NCBI GenBank assembly: GCA_035438985.1
Contig: DAORJK010000014.1
Coordinates: forward strand, 12,504 to 76,503
Direction of reading: 5' to 3'
Length of the DNA: 64,000 nucleotides
Origin: Bacteroidia bacterium
GTDB taxonomy: Bacteria; Bacteroidota; Bacteroidia; UBA4408
Part shown: one piece after another, positions 48,242 through 56,571 of the stretch
How positions within the stretch are numbered: the stretch's first letter is position 1
How the letters are laid out: the number at the start of each line of letters is the position of its first letter
Notes under the pieces: model-generated
The model's input: the letters and a program-made list of their open reading frames with translations, nothing else
What the model was told of the DNA's origin: nothing
Database searches by the model: none
Translations under genes and position numbers: made by a program

Positions 48242-49765
48242 TTAATTAGCAGCTTTTGCTTCAGGCCGCATTTGAGGAAAAAACAACACGTCTTGTATTG
48301 AATTGGAATTGGTCATAATCATTGCCAAGCGGTCGATTCCTATTCCAAGTCCGGATGTAGGCGGCATTCCATAATCAATGGCACGTAAAAAATCCTCATC
48401 CAATTGCATGGCTTCTTCATCCCCGCGTTTTGCCAATTCCAATTGCTCTTCAAAACGAGCTCGCTGATCAATTGGGTCGTTCAACTCTGAATAAGCATTA
48501 CAAATTTCCTTTCCATTGCAAATTGCTTCAAAACGCTCCACCAATCCCGGCATGCTTCGGTGCTTTTTGGCAAGCGGCGACATTTCCTGAGGATAATCGG
48601 TAATAAAGGTTGGCTGTGTTAATAGGGCCTCACATTTTTCGCCAAAAATTTCATCAATAATTTTTCCACGTCCCATGCTTTTATCAACGTGAACTCCGAT
48701 ACTTACAGCAGCCTTTGCCATTTGTTCTTCATTCATTTCAGAAATATCAATACCTGTAAATTCCTTGATGGCTTCATACATGGTGTATCGTTTCCAAGGT
48801 CGGTGAAAATTAATGGTGTTGTCGCCCACTTGTACTTCGGTAGTTCCATGAATATCCAGCGCAATTTTCTCAACCATTTCCTCCACCAGATTCATCATCC
48901 AGTTATAATCTTTGTAAGCTACATACAATTCCATTTGGGTAAACTCCGGATTGTGAAAACGGCTCATGCCTTCGTTTCTAAAATCTTTTGCAAACTCATA
49001 CACTCCGTCAAAACCACCCACAATTAATTTTTTTAAATACAGCTCATTCGCAATACGCAAGTACAATTTCATATCTAAAGTGTTGTGATGAGTATGAAAT
49101 GGTCGAGCTGCAGCACCACCGTGTATGGGTTGTAAAATGGGAGTTTCTACTTCCAGATAACCTTTGTTATTTAAAAAACTTCGCATTGAATTAGTAAGCT
49201 GAGTGCGCTTCCTAAAAGTATCCTTCACTTGTGGATTCACAATCAAATCGAGGTAACGCATTCTGTAACGTTGCTCAGGATCGGTAAAGGCGTCAAACAC
49301 TTTTCCTTCTTCATCGGTTTTTACCACAGGCAGTGGCTTCAATGATTTACAGAGTAATTTTAAGCTGGTTACATGAATGGTAGTTTCGCCGGTTTGGGTG
49401 GTAAATACATAGCCTGTAACGCCAATAATATCGCCTATATCCAACAACTTTTTAAACACGGTATTGTACATGGTTTTATCTTCGCCTTCGCAAATATCAT
49501 CTCGACGTACATATATTTGAACACGTCCGGTAGCATCTTGAATTTCGGCAAAAGCAGCATTTCCCATAATTCGGCGAGTCATAATACGCCCTGCTATGCT
49601 GATGTTTTTATACGAAATTTTATCGCGCTCGTAGTTTTCTGAGATATCCTTTGCATTTGAATTTACCTCGAATAAATCAGCCGGATAGGGATTTATACCG
49701 AGTTTGATAATTTCATTGAGACTGTTGCGTCTCACTACTTCCTGTTCGCTTAACTCTGTGCTCAT
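48242..49765 (-). CDS. lysS: Lysine--tRNA ligase, class II
   Basis: 507 aa. N-terminal OB anticodon-binding domain and class II aaRS motifs (EVETPILQPIHGGAAARPF; GLGIGIDRLAM). Confidence 0.9.
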   Translation of the reverse strand: MSTELSEQEVVRRNSLNEIIKLGINPYPADLFEVNSNAKDISENYERDKISYKNISIAGRIMTRRIMGNAAFAEIQDATGRVQIYVRRDDICEGEDKTMYNTVFKKLLDIGDIIGVTGYVFTTQTGETTIHVTSLKLLCKSLKPLPVVKTDEEGKVFDAFTDPEQRYRMRYLDLIVNPQVKDTFRKRTQLTNSMRSFLNNKGYLEVETPILQPIHGGAAARPFHTHHNTLDMKLYLRIANELYLKKLIVGGFDGVYEFAKDFRNEGMSRFHNPEFTQMELYVAYKDYNWMMNLVEEMVEKIALDIHGTTEVQVGDNTINFHRPWKRYTMYEAIKEFTGIDISEMNEEQMAKAAVSIGVHVDKSMGRGKIIDEIFGEKCEALLTQPTFITDYPQEMSPLAKKHRSMPGLVERFEAICNGKEICNAYSELNDPIDQRARFEEQLELAKRGDEEAMQLDEDFLRAIDYGMPPTSGLGIGIDRLAMIMTNSNSIQDVLFFPQMRPEAKAAN

Positions 49766-49902
49766 TGGATTTTTAATTTTTGCAAATATAGGTTACGGAT
49801 ATCGAATTTTTGCGAATGACTTAGTGAATTTTAATTTCTTACTACTGTTGCTTTAAATTGCTAAATTTGAGAGAGCTATTGAACCATCCAATTCCTTTTA
49901 CC

Positions 49903-52900
49903 ATGAAAGTAAAACGCTATTTTAGAATGCTTCTTTTTTGTTTAATTGTTTCATTTGGCAAACAATCATTTGCGGAAATACCTGAACTTAAGTGGGTAAA
50001 AGGGATTGGCAATGAAGCCATAGGCTTTAATGTTACATCAGATAACTTTGGCAATATATATATAGTTGGGCATGTGGGATGGGGAAATGATTTTGACCCT
50101 TCAATACTGAATAGTTTTCTTTATGGAGAGGAGGGGGATAATTTTCTTGCTAAATATGACATTAGTGGAAACTTTCTTTGGGCAAGAAGACTTGGATCCT
50201 TAAGACTGGATGAGGGATATGATGTTGCTGTGGATAAAAATAGCAACGTTTATATAACTGGCTTTTTTCAATATAACTTAAGTTCAACGGTTTATTCTTC
50301 AGGCAATGAAGACATCTTTCTGGCAAAATATGATACAAATGGTAATCTAATATGGTTAAATCACATGGGAGGGGCAGATTGGGATATTGGCACTTCACTT
50401 GATGTTGACAGCAGTGGAAACATTTTTGTCTCCGGATCTTTTGATGGACCAGCTGATTTCGACCCTTCTACTGGAACTTCGATTTTAAATGGAACTGTAA
50501 ATGGATTCTTGGCGAAATACGACACCAATGGAACTTTGATTTGGGCAAAAAAAATTGGAGAGAGTTCATCCATATTCGCGCAGACCCAATGTTCAGCCAT
50601 TTCAATAGATATAGAAGGTAATTTGATAATTACTGGATTGTTTGGCGATACGATGGACTTTGATCCTTCATCTAATGTAGCCAATTTGATCTCAAATGGT
50701 GATGCAGACATTTTTCTTGCTAAATACGATAACAATGGCAATTATTTATGGGCGATACAAATTGGCGATACAGGTTATGCATTAGGCTGTAGTTTAGCTA
50801 CAGATTTTTATAAAAATATCTATTTAGCAGGATATTACAACGGAATAACTGATTTTGATCCTTCACCAGACACTGCATGTTTAAATTCGGCGAATGGTCG
50901 AAATTTCATTGCAAAGTATGACACTATTGGGAATTATATTTGGGCGAACCCATTAAATTCTGGAGGAAACGCATTAAATATTGATCTGGTTGTGGACAGT
51001 GTTGGAAATATTTTTACATCAGGATTATTTAGTGATACTGTTGATATTGATCCGTCTACAGCTATTAACAATTTAATTTCAAAGGGGTCAGTTGACTTTT
51101 ATTTAGCAGAATACGATAGTGATGGAAATTATAAAAGGGCATTTAGCATAGGGGGGCCTTCATACGAAGATATATACGGATTAGCTTTAGACAATAGCAA
51201 GAATGTAATTTTAACCGGGACCAGCTGGGGAGCTGTTGATTTTGACCCTTCAATTAATTCTACTCCTTTAACTGGTGGTAGGAATATGTTTCTTGCAAAA
51301 TATAGTTTATGTAATAGTTCCTCATTTCAAACTGTAACTGTTTGTAATAGCTATTTGTCACAAAGCGGAAATTATACTTGGGTAAGTTCTGGAACATACT
51401 TCGATACAATTCCAAATGCTGCGGGTTGTGATAGCATCATAACAATAAATCTTACCATCAATCAAAGTACAAATTCATCCCAAATAATTACAGCCTGCAA
51501 CAATTTCATTTCACCAAGTGGAATTTATAACTGGACAAGTTCCGGAACATACACCGATACAATTCCAAATGCTGCAGGATGCGATAGCGTTATCACTATA
51601 AATCTCACCATCAATACACTTAGCTCCAGTTCATCCCAAACAATTGCAGCCTGCAACAATTTCATTTCTCCAAGTGGTATTTACAACTGGACAAGTTCCG
51701 GAACATACACCGATACAATTCCAAATGCTGCAGGATGCGATAGCGTTATCACTATAAATCTCACCATCAATACACTTAGCTCCAGTTCAACCCAAACAAT
51801 TACAGCCTGCAACAATTACATTTCCCCAAGCGGAATTTACAATTGGACAAGTTCAGGAATATACCAAGATACCATACTGAATTCAGCCGCCTGCGATAGT
51901 ATTATAACATTTAATCTCACCATAAATAACAGCTCATACTCAACTCAAACTGTTGCTGCCTGTCATTATTACATTTCGCCCAGCGGTAATTTCATCTGGT
52001 CGGCTTCGGGAAGTTACCTGGACACAATTCCCAACCTTGCCGGTTGCGACAGCATTATTACCACTCAGCTCAGCATCAACGATAACGAGAGCACCCTAAA
52101 TCAAACCGGCTGCGACAGCATTATTGTTAATGCACAAAAGTATACGCAAAGTGGCGTATATACTCAGGTATTGACCAATAGCGCAGGCTGCGACAGTGTA
52201 CTTAATTTAAATCTAACCATTATAAACAGCAAAGATTCAACGCTTACACAAACAGCATGCGACAGCCTTGTGGTAAATGGACAAAAATATATTTCAAGCG
52301 GAACTTATTTACAAACACTTACCAATGCTTTTGGTTGTGACAGTGTACTCACTTTAATTCTTACTATCAATAATAGTAGTGATAGTACCTTAACTGAAAT
52401 CACCTGTTCTGAATTTACTTTAAACGGAATAACCTACAATTCAAGCGGAGTTTATACTCAAACCCTAACTACCACTTCAGGTTGCGACAGTATACTCACC
52501 TTGAATTTAACGCTCAACTCTACTTCCAACATCCTTTCACAAACTGCCTGCGACAGTATAATTATTAACGGACAAAAATATGTTTCAAGTGGCGTGTATG
52601 CACAAACCTTTACCAATGCTGCTGGGTGTGATAGTTTGCTCACACTCAATTTAACCATAAATCAAGGGACGATTCTCAACTCAACCACGAGTGCATGCCA
52701 TAGTTATTTTACCAACGGAACAACTTTTACACAAAGTGGTCTTTATCATTTGCCTTTTATGAATGCATTTGGTTGTGCGAGTGTTTTTAATTTAAATCTT
52801 ACCATATTTCACGCAGATACTGCTGTTACTCAAAATAGCAATATACTTAGCGCAAATGCTACTTCCGGCAGTTATCAATGGATAGATTGCAACAATGGGA

Positions 52901-53277
52901 ATTTAGCCATTGCAGGAGCAACATTCAATAGTTACACTGCAACAACAAATGGTACCTTCGCAGTTATTGTTACCCAGAATTTGTGTGCTGATACTTCTTC
53001 CTGTTACTTAGTAGCTGGCTTAGGAATAAATGAAAATGTAAGTAATACTTCTATCGCAATTTTTCCAAATCCGGCTAAGAATGAATTCTCAATTTCAAGC
53101 ATTTCCACTATAATAGAAATTGATATTTATAATTTTCTGGGTGAAAAAATATATACCCTTTATACAAATAAAAAGTATGAGAATGTGAATTGCAAAGACT
53201 TTGCCTCGGGAATTTATTTTTTACAAATCACAACAAGCCTGGGTATTGAAAACAGAAAATTGTTGATAGAGAAATAA
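49903..53277 (+). CDS. Large secreted T9SS cargo protein: N-terminal SBBP beta-propeller repeats, central array of about 13 two-cysteine about 52-aa modules, type-A T9SS CTD
   Basis: The ATG at 49903 gives signal peptide MKVKRYFRMLLFCLIVSFGKQSFA. About 8 SBBP-type repeats (N(I/V)Y(I/V)(T/A)G.F.....DFDPS). A module C..Y.S.SG.Y.W.SSG.Y.DT..N..GCDS(I/V).T.NLTIN repeats roughly 13 times. C-terminal tail IAIFPNPAKNEFSIS...GIYFLQITTSLGIENRKLLIEK. Confidence 0.7.
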   Translation: MKVKRYFRMLLFCLIVSFGKQSFAEIPELKWVKGIGNEAIGFNVTSDNFGNIYIVGHVGWGNDFDPSILNSFLYGEEGDNFLAKYDISGNFLWARRLGSLRLDEGYDVAVDKNSNVYITGFFQYNLSSTVYSSGNEDIFLAKYDTNGNLIWLNHMGGADWDIGTSLDVDSSGNIFVSGSFDGPADFDPSTGTSILNGTVNGFLAKYDTNGTLIWAKKIGESSSIFAQTQCSAISIDIEGNLIITGLFGDTMDFDPSSNVANLISNGDADIFLAKYDNNGNYLWAIQIGDTGYALGCSLATDFYKNIYLAGYYNGITDFDPSPDTACLNSANGRNFIAKYDTIGNYIWANPLNSGGNALNIDLVVDSVGNIFTSGLFSDTVDIDPSTAINNLISKGSVDFYLAEYDSDGNYKRAFSIGGPSYEDIYGLALDNSKNVILTGTSWGAVDFDPSINSTPLTGGRNMFLAKYSLCNSSSFQTVTVCNSYLSQSGNYTWVSSGTYFDTIPNAAGCDSIITINLTINQSTNSSQIITACNNFISPSGIYNWTSSGTYTDTIPNAAGCDSVITINLTINTLSSSSSQTIAACNNFISPSGIYNWTSSGTYTDTIPNAAGCDSVITINLTINTLSSSSTQTITACNNYISPSGIYNWTSSGIYQDTILNSAACDSIITFNLTINNSSYSTQTVAACHYYISPSGNFIWSASGSYLDTIPNLAGCDSIITTQLSINDNESTLNQTGCDSIIVNAQKYTQSGVYTQVLTNSAGCDSVLNLNLTIINSKDSTLTQTACDSLVVNGQKYISSGTYLQTLTNAFGCDSVLTLILTINNSSDSTLTEITCSEFTLNGITYNSSGVYTQTLTTTSGCDSILTLNLTLNSTSNILSQTACDSIIINGQKYVSSGVYAQTFTNAAGCDSLLTLNLTINQGTILNSTTSACHSYFTNGTTFTQSGLYHLPFMNAFGCASVFNLNLTIFHADTAVTQNSNILSANATSGSYQWIDCNNGNLAIAGATFNSYTATTNGTFAVIVTQNLCADTSSCYLVAGLGINENVSNTSIAIFPNPAKNEFSISSISTIIEIDIYNFLGEKIYTLYTNKKYENVNCKDFASGIYFLQITTSLGIENRKLLIEK
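51475..51942 (+). repeat. Three tandem 156-bp (52-codon) repeat units; copies 1 and 2 about 96% identical with a 100-nt-plus perfectly identical core, copy 3 diverged
   Basis: Copy 1 spans 51475-51630, copy 2 spans 51631-51786, copy 3 starts at 51787. The period of 156 nt is exact. The segment acaagttccggaacatacaccgatacaattccaaatgctgcaggatgcgatagcgttatcactataaatctcaccatcaatacacttagctccagttca is identical between copies 1 and 2. Confidence 0.75.
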
Positions 53278-53282
53278 TTTCA

Positions 53283-55334
53283 CTATTTCCCAATAATTTT
53301 AAACTCGGTTCTTCTATTTTGCTGACGCCCTTCTTCAGTATCGTTGCTTGCTAATGGTTGATCTTTTCCATAACCTACATAGGTTAATCGATCACCCGTA
53401 ATTCCTTTGCTAATTAAATAATCAACTACGGCTTTCGCTCTACCATCACTCAATTTTTTATTGAGTTCTGCACTTCCTTTATTATCGGTGTGTCCGCTTA
53501 TCTCAATTTTTAAGGTTGGATTATCATACAACAATTTGCCTAATCGCTCTAATTCATTGGTCGATTCAGAACGAAGCGTTGCCTTTCCTAAATCAAAGAA
53601 AATATTTTTTAATACGATGGTACTTCCAACATCCACACTTTTCAAAGCGATGTCTTTTACTACCTCTTGAAATGCTGCTGAAGCCGGTATATCAAAATTT
53701 TCTGACTGAAATAAATACCCGTCTTTCTTAACAGCAATTCCATAATTTTTACCCGCAGGTAATGAAACTAAATATTTACCTGAGCTACTGTTGGATGTAA
53801 AAGTGGCAATGGAAATGTTTTGTTTGTTGTCGATAATTTCAATGGTGGCATCCAGCGGTTTTTTAGTGATTGCATCACTCACGATACCTTTCATTATGGT
53901 AAGTTGTGCCTCCTTAATTACCAATGTTGGAGCAAGTACGGTTTCTTTAACCGGAGCAGTGATACTCGCCAATAAATTATCTTCATTGTTGAGTACCAAT
54001 GGCTTTTCAGGACCTAAAAAGGTTATTAATAAAATATCCTTCTCACCGTATCCCTTATCGCTATAGGAGCTATAATACCCATGTTTTCCACTTGCTGAAA
54101 TCACAAAGAACACATCATTGTCAGGAGTATTCACAGGAAAGCCCAAATTCTCAGGTTCGCTCCATTTGCCATTTTCAAATACCGATTTAAATATATCGTA
54201 GCCTCCCATTGTCTTATGACCTTCTGAACTAAAGTACATGGTTTTTCCATCGGGATGCAGATATACTCCTTCTTCTCCGTAAGGAGTATTTATGGTACTT
54301 CCCAAATTAACGGCCTTGCCCCATTTTCCTTTTTCATCCTTGGTAGAAACAAAAATATCACGATCGCCAAGCGTCGCTTCCGGGTTATCGGAAACAAAAT
54401 AAATTGATTTTCCATCCGAAGAATAACAAGCTGAAGATTCATGCCCATTGCTGTTAATGTTTTTTCCTAAGGATTGAGCTACCCCCCATTTGTCGCCGGT
54501 TAAGGTTGATTCATATAAATCGCCGTGCCCATTAGCAGAGTATATCAATAATTTTTGCCCATCGGCACTAATTCCCGAATTCGCATCGTGTTCCTCTGTA
54601 TTTAATGGCGCTCCCAAATTTACTGCTTTGGTCCAAACACCATTCTGTTTTAGGCTCATGTAAATGTCTTCCATGTATTCGTTTAGTGCCGGATCTATTA
54701 CTCCTCCTGTTGTTCCCTCGCGACGTGAGGTAAAAAACAAAACTGACTCATCGGCCGAAATCACAGGGCCATAATCTGAATACTTTGAGTTTACTTCAGC
54801 ACCTGCATTATCAATAAAAACGCGAACGGGATGTTGTTGCAATTCTTTGCCGTTTTCACATTCGGTTATTTGTTGCTTTGCATCTGCTTGCATTTCTAAA
54901 AAAGAAGCACTACTTCCACTGAGCTTAGTAAACTTTTTAAATTGTTCAATTGCCTTATCCCATTGCATATCCAAGTGATAAGCCCATCCTAAAAAATAGG
55001 GCAATTCTGCATCAATACCAGAATTTAATTCACTCGCCTTTTCTAAATACTGAATTGCTTTTTGCTTGGTATTTGAATACAAATAACATTTTCCTATTTT
55101 AAAATTCAAAAATGAATTGTTGGGGTTAAATTTATTGGCTAATAAATAAGGTTCTAAGGCCGATTTATAATACGCGGTTCCTTGACTAAATAATTCATCC
55201 CCCTTTTCAAAGTTGTCAATTGCCGTGTTTAATCCTTCACGATCGTTTGGGAAATTGCTCTTTACAAAATCAACACTTTGCGCATTAGCAATACCCGAAA
55301 TTAAAAGTAAAATCAATATTAGTTTTGTTTTCAT
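53283..55334 (-). CDS. OmpA family protein with N-terminal TPR region and PD40 (TolB-like) beta-propeller repeats
   Basis: 683 aa. Signal peptide. TPR-like N-terminus. Repeated ...S.DGK.(L/I)YF.S... PD40-type units. C-terminal OmpA peptidoglycan-binding domain (LRSESTNELERLGKLLYDNPTLKIEISGHTDNKGSAELNKKLSDGRAKAV...RRTEFKII). Confidence 0.8.
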   Translation of the reverse strand: MKTKLILILLLISGIANAQSVDFVKSNFPNDREGLNTAIDNFEKGDELFSQGTAYYKSALEPYLLANKFNPNNSFLNFKIGKCYLYSNTKQKAIQYLEKASELNSGIDAELPYFLGWAYHLDMQWDKAIEQFKKFTKLSGSSASFLEMQADAKQQITECENGKELQQHPVRVFIDNAGAEVNSKYSDYGPVISADESVLFFTSRREGTTGGVIDPALNEYMEDIYMSLKQNGVWTKAVNLGAPLNTEEHDANSGISADGQKLLIYSANGHGDLYESTLTGDKWGVAQSLGKNINSNGHESSACYSSDGKSIYFVSDNPEATLGDRDIFVSTKDEKGKWGKAVNLGSTINTPYGEEGVYLHPDGKTMYFSSEGHKTMGGYDIFKSVFENGKWSEPENLGFPVNTPDNDVFFVISASGKHGYYSSYSDKGYGEKDILLITFLGPEKPLVLNNEDNLLASITAPVKETVLAPTLVIKEAQLTIMKGIVSDAITKKPLDATIEIIDNKQNISIATFTSNSSSGKYLVSLPAGKNYGIAVKKDGYLFQSENFDIPASAAFQEVVKDIALKSVDVGSTIVLKNIFFDLGKATLRSESTNELERLGKLLYDNPTLKIEISGHTDNKGSAELNKKLSDGRAKAVVDYLISKGITGDRLTYVGYGKDQPLASNDTEEGRQQNRRTEFKIIGK

Positions 55335-55364
55335 CTTAGCTTGATATTACACTATCATTATGTA

Positions 55365-56420
55365 TTATTTACAATCGCCTGAATAGTTTCCGGCAGCATC
55401 AACTCCCAGTTCAATTGCCTTTTTCCAATCGGCACATGCTCCCTTTTCATCGCGCATCATTTCACGAGCTATTCCTCTGTTCAAATAAGCATAACCATAG
55501 TCGGCATTGTATTGTATTGCCTTGCTGCAATCTTCAGCGCTACCTTTATAATCTTTCAATTTATACTTGGCTGCTGCCCGGTTATTGTAAGCATATGCAT
55601 AGCCTGAGTTTTGCTCAATTGCTTTTGTGAAATCCACAATAGCTCCTTCATAATCAGCGGCATCAAAACGCGCACTTCCTCTATTATTATAAGCCTCGGC
55701 ATAGTTAGGTTTTAATTTTAGCGCTTCTGTATAATCCACAATGGCTCCTGCAGAATCACCTTTTTTTCGCTTTGCACTTGCCCTGTTATTATAGGCAAAA
55801 GCCATGTCTGAACCCATACTCAGAGCTTGGGTATAATCGCTAATTGCTCCATCAAAATTACCAAGCATTCGTCGGGCACTTCCGCGGTCGTTGTACGCAT
55901 AAGCATAACCGGGTTTATATTGAATTGCTAAGGAATAATCAGCTTCTGCTCCCTTGTAATCTTGGGTTTCAAACTTTAAACCTCCACGGTAGTAATACGC
56001 TTGCGCATAGTCCTGCTTCAGTTCAATTGCTTTTGAAAAATCTTCAAGAGCATTCGTTGTATTTTTATCATGCATATACACCATGGCTCTGCCAAAGTAG
56101 CTTTCAGCAGTAGCACTCAGCGAAATTGCTGTATTAAAATCAAGCAAAGCACCCCCAAAATCATTCAATTCAATCTTGGTTGTTCCTCGATTGTAAAATG
56201 CACGCTCAAAAGTGGATTTTAACTTGATTGCTTCATTAAAATTTTCAAGCGCTGAAGCATAATTTTTTGTAGAAAAATCAGCTATTCCTTTGTTGTAAAA
56301 TTTTTCAGCATCCTGAGCTCCATCATCCAGAATTTTAGCCCTTACAATACTATCCGTTTGTGCTTTTACTTCAACACCTATGAGTGTGGCAAGCAAAATA
56401 AAAAAAATTGTTTGCTTCAT
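55365..56420 (-). CDS. Secreted tetratricopeptide-repeat protein
   Basis: 351 aa. Signal peptide. About 8 consecutive 34-aa TPR units with recurring A(Y/F)YNRG...G(D/N)YEGA patterns. Confidence 0.75.
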   Translation of the reverse strand: MKQTIFFILLATLIGVEVKAQTDSIVRAKILDDGAQDAEKFYNKGIADFSTKNYASALENFNEAIKLKSTFERAFYNRGTTKIELNDFGGALLDFNTAISLSATAESYFGRAMVYMHDKNTTNALEDFSKAIELKQDYAQAYYYRGGLKFETQDYKGAEADYSLAIQYKPGYAYAYNDRGSARRMLGNFDGAISDYTQALSMGSDMAFAYNNRASAKRKKGDSAGAIVDYTEALKLKPNYAEAYNNRGSARFDAADYEGAIVDFTKAIEQNSGYAYAYNNRAAAKYKLKDYKGSAEDCSKAIQYNADYGYAYLNRGIAREMMRDEKGACADWKKAIELGVDAAGNYSGDCK

Positions 56421-56571
56421 TTTTTGAGATTTATGCTATAAAAGTAACAGGATTTTTGATACAAGAAAAAATTCAAGATCACAAAACAAAATCAATAACC
56501 ACTGAAATGGGTTATCTAAATAATCGCTATTTTTAAACCTTTAATCAATTTTCAAAATTTACCATACACCA

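Noticed and set aside
53283-55334. OmpA-PD40-TPR protein as a possible novel envelope system component
   Set aside because: The TPR + TolB-like propeller + OmpA C-terminal architecture is a common, already-described layout of Bacteroidota OmpA-family proteins.
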